Made by a program: the position numbers and the translations under genes
In this document: one piece after another, positions 10,401-18,317 of the stretch
Layout of the letters: every line of letters starts with the position of its first letter
Position numbering within the stretch: position 1 is the first letter of the stretch
Notes under the pieces: generated by a model
What the model was told of the DNA's origin: nothing
The model's input: only the letters and a program-made list of their open reading frames with translations
Database searches by the model: none
From: Candidatus Iainarchaeum sp.
Lineage (GTDB): Archaea; Iainarchaeota; Iainarchaeia; Iainarchaeales; JAZDDZ01
Direction: 5' to 3'
Assembly (NCBI GenBank): GCA_043809245.1
Contig: JAZDDZ010000047.1
Coordinates: 1-64,000 of the forward strand
DNA length: 64,000 nt

Positions 10401-10990
10401 TCAGCCATTGGTTATTTCCACTACCTTTATCCAGAATTCAAGGGTTTTGCCAGCCAAAGGGTGAATGATTTCAATCGTTGCAACGCCGCTGCTTATCGCA
10501 GTAACAGTTGCCTCCTGGCCTCCTGCATTAATCTTTGAGCCGACGTTCAAGTCTTCTCCGCCCTGAATTTGCGCCAATGGAACCTGCATTTCCTGCCCGC
10601 TGTCCGCGGCACCATACGCGTCTTCAGGGGGAATTACAACTGTTTTCTCTTCGTTTAACTTCATGCCAATGACTGCTGCGTCAAAGCCCTTATCATTTGC
10701 CCTGCGCCAGCAGTGAACTCTAAGGGGCCGCGGCCTTCGCTTTTGTCAAAGACCTCTCCCGTATCTGGAAAGGTTCCAATGTACTCCACTTTAACTGTGT
10801 CCCCTTTTTCCACTGTTTTTTCCGGTGAAACAGTTGCCTGGTTGTTCAAATCAATTCCCCCTGTTGAATTTGCCTGCGCGTTAGAGTTTGAAACCGCATT
10901 GCTGTCTGAATTGGTGTTGCCTTGAGTGCAGCCGAACAAAAGAAGCGAGGCAAAAAGCAAGGCAATTAATGCTAATTTTCCTGAAATCAT
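10401..10990 (-). pseudogene. FKBP/SlyD-type peptidyl-prolyl isomerase lipoprotein split by a 1-nt frameshift near 10691
   Basis: Adding one A to ATGATAAGGGC restores [31 protein letters not shown]; may be a sequencing error. Confidence 0.8.
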
Positions 10991-11033
10991 TCAAAGAAAA
11001 TTCCAATGCGAAAGCCTTAAAAAAAGCCATTAT

Positions 11034-11783
11034 TTATTTAGGCGCCTTAAGGGAATTCCACATGAATTCAAAGTATTTGCGGTAACCGTCCGCGATTTTT
11101 TTGCTTACAACCATGAACTGCACTGGTTCTTCGGGAAGTTTTCCCGGGCTTACGCCGTAAAACGTGACAACATGGTCGCCGAAAACGTCAATTGCAACGC
11201 TTGAAGAGCATTCGGGGGGAAAAAATTTGTATTCGTTGAGCTTCATTTTCAGAATGTTTGGGGCAAGCCTTTTTACCTCATGGTCAAAGATGTGCCTGAA
11301 GTGAATTCCCTGCTTCACGCGCTGCCTGTCAAATTTCGGGAGAAAAAATTTAAGCCTTTCGTCAAGCCAGAAGCCCTTTGCGCCAATGAATGAAACAGGC
11401 TGGTTTTCTTCAAGGATGTCGTCGAGGTAATTCTTGAAGCCCTCAATGCCGCGGTAAATGACCGCCTCTTCCCCGCGGGCTTTCTGTTCAAATCTTTTCT
11501 GCAGGGGGGCAATGATTGACTCCACTTTTGATTCCTTTTCCCTTACAATGTCAAGTAGCCTTGAAGGGTTAACAGCCCTAACAAACCTTGTGCCTGAAAC
11601 AAATTCCTCGGTTGCAAGGCCCTTTTTTATTAGCTTGTCAATGCTATCGTAAACATTTCTTCGGTGCACGTTTGCCTCAATTGAAAGAGTGTTAATGGAA
11701 CAGGTGCCCGCATTAACCAATGCCTCGTAAACCTTTGCCTCGTTCGGGCTCAAGCCGATTTCCTCCAAAACAGCGGAAAACAT
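11034..11783 (-). CDS. TrmB family transcriptional regulator
   Basis: IGLSPNEAKVY..HRRNVYD..L; YRGIEG. Confidence 0.85.
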   Translation of the reverse strand: MFSAVLEEIGLSPNEAKVYEALVNAGTCSINTLSIEANVHRRNVYDSIDKLIKKGLATEEFVSGTRFVRAVNPSRLLDIVREKESKVESIIAPLQKRFEQKARGEEAVIYRGIEGFKNYLDDILEENQPVSFIGAKGFWLDERLKFFLPKFDRQRVKQGIHFRHIFDHEVKRLAPNILKMKLNEYKFFPPECSSSVAIDVFGDHVVTFYGVSPGKLPEEPVQFMVVSKKIADGYRKYFEFMWNSLKAPK

Positions 11784-11877
11784 GCAGGAATAAGGCAGGA
11801 AAAGGCTTTTAAATTGGTGGCAATTACCACCACATTGGGCTATTAATGCCGGAAAACAAGGTTATATCAGGGGGCAA

Positions 11878-12243
11878 GTGTTTCAAATGAGTGTCTTGAA
11901 TTTGCTGGTTTCAATGGGAGAATACGGCTTTTCGCCTGTGGTGCAGCTGTTCGCGGAGCAGCCTTTCTGGGTTTTTGCCTTTGCTGTTACAGCATATTTT
12001 CTTTACAATAAGAAGATTTTGGTTGGCTTTCCCGTTGTGGTTATCTTTGTCTGGCTTCAAGTGGATTGGTCCAATGTCACGGGCCTTGCATTTGGCTCTC
12101 TCCCAGTCGTTTGGCTAATGGCACACATAGCTGTTTCCGCGTTTACTTCCGATTACAAGTTCATGGGAAAGCACGCGCCTTACGGAGCGCTTGTTTTATT
12201 CGTTGCACTGCTTTTGGTTAAAGTTAACTTCGGGGGATTTTAA
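11878..12243 (+). CDS. Hypothetical membrane protein
   Basis: Several hydrophobic segments; divergent from TrmB gene. Confidence 0.6.
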   Translation: MFQMSVLNLLVSMGEYGFSPVVQLFAEQPFWVFAFAVTAYFLYNKKILVGFPVVVIFVWLQVDWSNVTGLAFGSLPVVWLMAHIAVSAFTSDYKFMGKHAPYGALVLFVALLLVKVNFGGF

Positions 12244-12256
12244 GGGGGAAAACAAA

Positions 12257-12439
12257 TTGGCTTTTTTCAGCAAAATCTTTAGGGCAGCGAATTTTTCAAT
12301 CGCATTAACCGCTTCCTGCCTCGCGCTTGACTTCGCAGGAATCAAAATTTTCCCAGCGGAATTTTACTCACCAACAGGTTTATTCGTGTTAGGCCTGTTC
12401 ATTCTTTTCTCAATCCTCTGGCTTAAGCCACCGGAATGA
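12257..12439 (+). CDS. Small membrane protein
   Basis: Two hydrophobic segments; purine-rich RBS-like run before TTG 12257. Confidence 0.45.
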   Translation: MAFFSKIFRAANFSIALTASCLALDFAGIKIFPAEFYSPTGLFVLGLFILFSILWLKPPE

Positions 12440-12608
12440 AGAAAAGCGCCAAGGAGCATTAAACCTCGGCATGCCTCCTTGCCGGTGCGAAAGCCTTTTG
12501 TCGATTCCACCGACAATAAATTCATTTCCATGGCACTGGAAACCTACCCTAGAAAGCATTAAATAGTGTTTAAATTATACTTTTATTAGCACAAATAAGG
12601 GTTTTTGC

Positions 12609-13004
12609 ATGAAGGGAAGTTTTCGGATAATCGCGGAAAAAGAGAACATCATCACGGAGAAAGGGGTCAGGGCTTTTATTATGGAGCGCTTGCTAAACCG
12701 CGCGTTCAACAAAGGCGCTGTTTTTAACATTGACAATAAAACTGTAGAAGTCCAATTGGAGGGGGATGAAGAACAGATAAAGTCCTTTATAGAGGACTTA
12801 AAGAAAAGCCTCTCCAAACAATTTGGAAACCCAGTCATTACGCTAACCGCTTTTCAAAAAAACGATGCCCTGGAAATGCCTGAATTAATGAGGTCAAGCC
12901 AGGCATTAATGGTCGGGCAACTCGAGAAAGGAATAACCATCCAGTTAAGAATATTAAATGCTTTAGAGGAGCTGCCGAACAAATTGGCGAATGCCTTAAA
13001 ATAA
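12609..13004 (+). CDS. Acylphosphatase-like domain protein
   Basis: GVRAFI..GAVFNIDNKTVEVQLEG..IKSF. Confidence 0.6.
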   Translation: MKGSFRIIAEKENIITEKGVRAFIMERLLNRAFNKGAVFNIDNKTVEVQLEGDEEQIKSFIEDLKKSLSKQFGNPVITLTAFQKNDALEMPELMRSSQALMVGQLEKGITIQLRILNALEELPNKLANALK

Positions 13005-13065
13005 AATTATTTATGCTACTCAAATTGCTTACAAAATTGAGCATAATACAAAAAAGCGAGTAACA

Positions 13066-13096
13066 TTCGCGGGGAGGGAGATTGCAAACCACCCGC
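13066..13096 (-). repeat. Degenerate copy of the tRNA-Ser 3' end (att-like scar)
   Basis: TTCGCGGGGAGGGAGATTGCAAACCACCCGC versus TTCGCGGAGAGGGAGATTCGAACTCCCGC at 13189-13217. Confidence 0.6.
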
Positions 13097-13190
13097 AACC
13101 TTTTCTAAAGAAAAGCTTGACCAAAAGCAAAATGAAATTCCCAAACCAAAGGTTTGGGCGTTTTTAATGAACCCTTTTCTCAAAAGGGTT

Positions 13191-13274
13191 CGCGGAGAGG
13201 GAGATTCGAACTCCCGCTTCCTTTCGGAAACCAGCTTTCCAGGCTGGCGCATTAAACCGCTCTGCCATCTCCGC
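13191..13274 (-). tRNA. tRNA-Ser(GGA)
   Basis: Cloverleaf; anticodon arm CCAGC-CTGGAAA-GCTGG, long variable arm, GTTCGAATC. Confidence 0.95.
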
Positions 13275-13284
13275 TGAAAAAATA

Positions 13285-13398
13285 TTATCTTTCGTGCAAT
13301 TCTTTTCTCTCTTTAAAGTTCATTTTTCCCATTTCAAAGCCTTTCTCAAGCAAGCCAAGCATCTCCTTTGCAATCTCTTTTTGCCTTGATTTAGCCAT
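13285..13398 (-). pseudogene. Antitoxin-like remnant resembling the C-terminus of 3111-3365
   Basis: MAKSRQKEIAKEMLGLLEKGFEMGK, then after removing one A: MNFKERKELHER*. Confidence 0.45.
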
Positions 13399-13445
13399 AT
13401 TTTGCACTATATTATTCTTTAAAGATTTTACTTTTTAAATACATT

Positions 13446-14126
13446 GTGAAAACCGAAAAATTGGCTTCAATCAAAAAAGCGTGCGCCTTGACTGACAAAT
13501 TGTTCAGCGAAATTTTGGCGAATTTTTCTGGCTTTCGCACGGAGCAGGACATAGGTTTATTCGTAAGCCACTGGGTTCACGGCAAAGGCTTAAGGCTTTC
13601 TTTTGCGCCAATCATTGCGACTGCGGGAAACGCTTCAAACCCGCACCACAAGCCCAAAAAAACGCGCCTAAAAAAAGGCTTTCTCGTTATTGACATCGGC
13701 GTGAAAGTGAACGGCTACTGCGCTGACTTGACACGAACGGTTTTTCTTGGAAAAGCTTCGCAAAAGGAAAAGCAACTGTATTCGCTTGTTTTGAATGCGC
13801 AGGAGAAATCAGCTAAAAAAATTCGCGCAGGAGTTAAGGGAAAGGAAATGAAGGCTTTCGCGGAAAAATTATTGGGCGCTTACGCAAAGCTTTTCGTTCA
13901 CGGCTTGGGGCACGGCCTGGGAAAAAAGGTACACGTAAAGCCTTACATGAAAAAGAAAAGCAGGGGAAGAATAAGGGCAGGGGATATCATTACAATTGAG
14001 CCAGGGATTTACAAAAAGAAAAAGTTTGGCATTCGCATTGAAGATGATTACTTGGTGAAAAAGAACGGAGTGCAGCAGTTAACGAAGTCGCAGAAGAAGC
14101 TGATGGAGTTGCCTGTTCCTGCTTGA
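13446..14126 (+). CDS. M24 family (Xaa-Pro) aminopeptidase, catalytic domain only
   Basis: IDIG, YCADLTRT, HGLGHGLG, TIEPGIY, GIRIEDD. Confidence 0.9.
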   Translation: MKTEKLASIKKACALTDKLFSEILANFSGFRTEQDIGLFVSHWVHGKGLRLSFAPIIATAGNASNPHHKPKKTRLKKGFLVIDIGVKVNGYCADLTRTVFLGKASQKEKQLYSLVLNAQEKSAKKIRAGVKGKEMKAFAEKLLGAYAKLFVHGLGHGLGKKVHVKPYMKKKSRGRIRAGDIITIEPGIYKKKKFGIRIEDDYLVKKNGVQQLTKSQKKLMELPVPA

Positions 14127-14182
14127 AAGGCAGGGTTTAAATAAACTTCTTACTTTTCTTACTTGTAATACGGGGGCTTTTT

Positions 14183-14485
14183 ATGGTTTTGAACGAGATA
14201 AGGACTTCTACAATTACTTCCAAGGGGCAGATTGTTATTCCAAGCGATATGCGCTCAAGGGATGGCTTCAAGTCAGGGCAGAAGGTCACAATCTTTGCCT
14301 TTGACGACAAGATTGAAATCTGGCCCATTGAATACATCAGAAATTCGCCTGAATTCCAGGCAGAGGTTGAGAAAACCCGTGAGATTGCCCGGGCTTTCAT
14401 CAAAAAGCACAAGCTGGACAAGAAAAAGTTCAAGGAACTCACAAAAAAGGATAAACGCGAACTCGCAAAAAAATTCCTCAAATGA
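14183..14485 (+). CDS. AbrB/MazE domain protein
   Basis: ITSKGQIVIPSDMR. Confidence 0.8.
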   Translation: MVLNEIRTSTITSKGQIVIPSDMRSRDGFKSGQKVTIFAFDDKIEIWPIEYIRNSPEFQAEVEKTREIARAFIKKHKLDKKKFKELTKKDKRELAKKFLK

Positions 14486-14894
14486 ATTCATCGGGTGAAA
14501 TGCAGGGAATCAAGCGTTTTGCTTTTTCGAAATCTTTTTTGTTCCAAGTAACAATTGCATTGCTGTTCGATTCAAGTGCCGATGCAATGTGGGCAGCATC
14601 CAAATAATGAATGCCTGCGCATCCGGAAATGTTTAGCGTGGTTTTCCTTAAAGCCATTTCCACTTTTACTATTTTAAGTCCCTCTGAATTTAAAACATCC
14701 AAAACATTCTTTTCACTAAGCGAAATCACCTTTTCCACCTCCTGCAAGAAAAGGCGGGAAATTACTACTTCTATTGATTGCTCCCTGCAGATTGAAAAAA
14801 ACCTAGCACTATCATTGAAACGCAAATTAAACGCTTTGTCAACCTCAGTCCTCAAAAAAGAAATCAGCACATTGGAATCCAAATACAGCCGCAA
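14478..14894 (-). CDS. PIN domain protein
   Basis: LYLDSNVLI, DAAHIA, TWNKKDF. Confidence 0.85.
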   Translation of the reverse strand: MRLYLDSNVLISFLRTEVDKAFNLRFNDSARFFSICREQSIEVVISRLFLQEVEKVISLSEKNVLDVLNSEGLKIVKVEMALRKTTLNISGCAGIHYLDAAHIASALESNSNAIVTWNKKDFEKAKRLIPCISPDEFI

Positions 14895-14914
14895 GCGAAA
14901 AACTCTCTTTTAGG

Positions 14915-15271
14915 CTATCTTGCAGCCAATTGAAGGCTTTCCTCTAGCAAAACAGGCTTTTCCTTTGGCATTTTTCCCTTTTCCGCTTCCGCCAAGGACA
15001 CAAGCAATTCAAGTGATTCCAATGCGTTGTCCATGAAATAAAAGCAGCCCCTTGAATTGACAAGGCCGATTGACTCGAGTTCATTTAACGCCTTTAAGGC
15101 TTCGGCTTCGCTTAAAGCGCAGTTAACGCATATTTTTTCAACGGAAACAATTCTCCTTTCATTCGCGGCAATAAAGGAAAAAATCTTTGCATGCGCTTCA
15201 CTGAAGCCCTCCAAGAGTTCATTGAACAAGATTTTCACGCAGACCGCTTCCACTAAATTCACTGAATCCAT
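14915..15271 (-). CDS. Winged-helix protein (probable antitoxin/regulator of the PIN gene)
   Basis: LSEAEALKALNELESIGLV. Confidence 0.6.
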   Translation of the reverse strand: MDSVNLVEAVCVKILFNELLEGFSEAHAKIFSFIAANERRIVSVEKICVNCALSEAEALKALNELESIGLVNSRGCFYFMDNALESLELLVSLAEAEKGKMPKEKPVLLEESLQLAAR

Positions 15272-15425
15272 TTAATTCCCACCTCGAAAAGTTTTGATAA
15301 GATTGACGCGCGCTGCCGGGGTATGAACAACGGCAACGCGCTAAGGCAGTTAAAAACCAATCAACTGAATGGCTGCTTAAAGCCTGCCTTTAAACCAATA
15401 GCTGTTCCGGGAATTAATATAGCTA

Positions 15426-15468
15426 TGGTTGAAAAAAGTTCAACTTTTTAGTTGAAGAAAATTCAACC
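15426..15468. promoter_or_regulatory. Tandem GTTGAA/TTCAAC inverted-repeat operator just upstream of a TATA-like box
   Basis: TGGTTGAAAAAAGTTCAACTTTTTAGTTGAAGAAAATTCAACC; first 20 bp identical to 47523-47542. Confidence 0.65.
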
Positions 15469-15533
15469 AAACGTATATTAACTGTTGAAGCAGCAGATTG
15501 GTACGGTGGGGTTCCGTGGAGACAAAAACTCTA

Positions 15534-18305
15534 ATGGAAAAAAAGGTTATTCTTTGCGTGCTGCTGTTAATCCTTTTGCCTGCGGCTTTAGTAGTTGCTG
15601 AGGGCGCTGGCGGAGGGGGTGGCGGCGGAGGCGGTTCTGGAGACATTACCCCGCCCGTCACAACTGACAACGCCCCAAAAGGATGGCGCGCGAACGACTT
15701 TAACGTAACTTTGACTGCAAGCGATGATAATTCAGGCGTTGCAAGCACAAGCTTCAGGATTGACGGAAGCGAATGGCTGAATGGAACACCCCTTGAAATA
15801 AATTCTGATGGAAACCATGCAATTGAATATTATTCAATTGATAATGCAGGGAATGTTGAAGAAACTAAAACAACTTATGCCGCGCTGGATAAAACAAAAC
15901 CACAATTTGAGGACAGTTATTCTTATGTTTTGCCACCAGTAATCCCCCCGCAAGAAGAGATTGTTATCCCATTTGGCGATACTGCTGCAACATCCTGGGG
16001 CGACAAAATCAAATTTGAAATGTTAAATTCAAGTACTGATGGAAACTTACAAATTGAAATTGACAGCATTCGGCTGTGTATAAATGAGATAATTTATTAT
16101 GATGGCACAAGATTTTGTGAAATATTGAATATTAAGCTAGATGGAAATAGTGTGACTACCCCCCATAGCGGTCTTACAATTAAAGTTGAAAAAATCGCAT
16201 ACGATTTAAATGGGCTTGAAATAAGTAATGTGACAGCAAATATTGCTGCCAGCAAAAGAATTGAGATTGTTGAAGCCGTGAATGATCTTACAAACGTTAA
16301 AATTAATGCCTTAATTCGGAATTCGGATGGCGTTATTGTAAAAAATCTAAAAATGTTTGCCGGGTATATAGATTTTAACGGATTTATAGTTGAACTTGAA
16401 GACTATAACGCGCTTTGGGGGGCATCTGAATTCAAAGCCTTTTTCGATACAAATGAATTTGTTGACGGAACATACTTTATAGATTTCAATGCCGTTGATA
16501 AGGCAGGAAATCTAACAGAAAAAAACAATGCTGCATCATTCATAGTATCATATGGTGTGAGAACAGCATATTATAAACAGGATATTTTAGTTACTGCCGC
16601 TGGTTCAACCATAATAGATGCGAGCGGGGATGCTAATGTAATCATCGGGCTTGAAAGCGCGGATGGAATTGAAAAAGGCTCTATTTATATTATAAAAGAA
16701 CTCATAGGCCGGTGGGAACTGCCCTCCACGATCACCTTTGAAATAGGGGCTAATGATGAAATAAAAAGAAAAATAACCAAAGCAAGGATAAAGTTTTTTT
16801 ACGATGAAACCGATATAGCCAGTAAGGGAATAACAGACGAGTCAAAAATCTATATATACAAAGTAAGCGCGACCAAGTATAATTTGATGCCTCCACAAGT
16901 GTACTCAATTGATGGCAATAGTTTTGGTGTTGATACCACGGCAAATTATGCGTGGGTTGATGTAAACGAATTCTCATTTTTTATGGTGACCAACGACGCT
17001 AATGCCCCTGTTATAACCACGGTAGAATCTAATTCTCCTTACGAAGACACTAATGTAACGATAACATTGACTTTAAACGAGCCAGTCTATTGCCGTTTCT
17101 CAGAAACAGACCAAAATTATGAATCAATGCAGACCTATTTCACGCCAAGCAATAATGGGCTAACCCACTCAAAAAACCTTACCGCGCCTATTGGTTCAAG
17201 CATTTATTACGCAATTTGCAAGGATTTTGCTGAAAATTATACAGGCACTGCATTTCCTATTGTTGTGAACGTTAGGTTCTGCGGCGACGGCATTCGTGAC
17301 CCTGAAGAAAGCTGTTCAAGTTGCCCATCGGATGCAGGCGCCTGCGCTCCAATAAACAACGGCGGGGACAACACTGAAAGCAGCGGCGTTGTAAGTGTCG
17401 GTGGAGGAGGGGGTGGAGGCGGAAGTGGTTTAACGCCTGAAGCCGCATTAACCCAGATAAAATCTCTCAAGGAAGGCATTAACTCAAAACTTGAATTAAT
17501 GAATTATTTTGGCTTGGAGGATTCGTTTAAGACTAAAACCGCCAAGGAAAAATTCAATGAAATGAATTTTGATGCAAACGATGTCACGACAATTTACCAG
17601 AACTTAAGCCAGTCAAAAAACATTTATGGCTGGCTGCCTTCATTCAGCCCAATACTTGACTTGAATGCATTGCAGACATCCGAGATTCCCGAAGTGGAAA
17701 AAGCGGTTATGGCGTTGGCTCCTGCTAAAGCGGAAATAAAAGCATTAAGCGTGAAAAGCACAGTGACAAAATATAAAATCTATTATTCTGACACCAAGAA
17801 AACCTTGTTTGGATACAAGATTGAACGGGAACTGCCCACTGGAGCCGGAACAAGCGGATACTATATTGAAGAGATCCCTAAAGAGCTCGTCGGAGATGCG
17901 AACCAGTTGCTAATCAAGACAACCGCTGGATTCAAGGTAATTGAATCCGACCCGGTCATTGCATGGGATGTAAGCGTTTCAGGCAGCAAAATTGAGTACG
18001 CCATTGTCTCGGAGAACGAAAAAGACGTGAACAGCATTAAGGCGTCCTTTATTGCATTTGAGCAGTTAAAGGAAATAGAAGCGCCAACCGTTCAACCGGA
18101 AGAAGAAATCGCTGCACAGCCCTTGGAAACCCCTGCTGCGCCGCCTGCTAACACAACGCCATCCCCAACAGGCTTGGCTGGATTAGTGGGATTGACACCA
18201 GTAAACATTGCATTGATTGTGCTCTCGCTTTTCGTAATCATTTCATTCACGGTCTTTATAAGAAAAAAATTCAAAGAAAAAGCCAACGGAAAAAAAGGGA
18301 AATAA
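15534..18305 (+). CDS. Large secreted, C-terminally anchored surface protein with Ig-like domains
   Basis: Signal peptide, poly-Gly linkers, DITPPVT..YYSIDNAGNVE Ig-like unit, CGDG..CPSD, C-terminal TM helix plus Lys tail. Confidence 0.75.
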   Translation: MEKKVILCVLLLILLPAALVVAEGAGGGGGGGGGSGDITPPVTTDNAPKGWRANDFNVTLTASDDNSGVASTSFRIDGSEWLNGTPLEINSDGNHAIEYYSIDNAGNVEETKTTYAALDKTKPQFEDSYSYVLPPVIPPQEEIVIPFGDTAATSWGDKIKFEMLNSSTDGNLQIEIDSIRLCINEIIYYDGTRFCEILNIKLDGNSVTTPHSGLTIKVEKIAYDLNGLEISNVTANIAASKRIEIVEAVNDLTNVKINALIRNSDGVIVKNLKMFAGYIDFNGFIVELEDYNALWGASEFKAFFDTNEFVDGTYFIDFNAVDKAGNLTEKNNAASFIVSYGVRTAYYKQDILVTAAGSTIIDASGDANVIIGLESADGIEKGSIYIIKELIGRWELPSTITFEIGANDEIKRKITKARIKFFYDETDIASKGITDESKIYIYKVSATKYNLMPPQVYSIDGNSFGVDTTANYAWVDVNEFSFFMVTNDANAPVITTVESNSPYEDTNVTITLTLNEPVYCRFSETDQNYESMQTYFTPSNNGLTHSKNLTAPIGSSIYYAICKDFAENYTGTAFPIVVNVRFCGDGIRDPEESCSSCPSDAGACAPINNGGDNTESSGVVSVGGGGGGGGSGLTPEAALTQIKSLKEGINSKLELMNYFGLEDSFKTKTAKEKFNEMNFDANDVTTIYQNLSQSKNIYGWLPSFSPILDLNALQTSEIPEVEKAVMALAPAKAEIKALSVKSTVTKYKIYYSDTKKTLFGYKIERELPTGAGTSGYYIEEIPKELVGDANQLLIKTTAGFKVIESDPVIAWDVSVSGSKIEYAIVSENEKDVNSIKASFIAFEQLKEIEAPTVQPEEEIAAQPLETPAAPPANTTPSPTGLAGLVGLTPVNIALIVLSLFVIISFTVFIRKKFKEKANGKKGK

Positions 18306-18317
18306 AAAGGTGTTTTT

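Noticed and set aside
13016-13252. ORFs over tRNA genes (also 54444-54632)
   Set aside because: Spurious translations of tRNA sequence
14183-14894. AbrB and PIN as one TA operon
   Set aside because: Genes are convergent; the PIN gene pairs better with the upstream wHTH at 14915-15271
15308-15342. GC-rich hairpin as a riboswitch
   Set aside because: Single imperfect stem with no recognisable aptamer consensus
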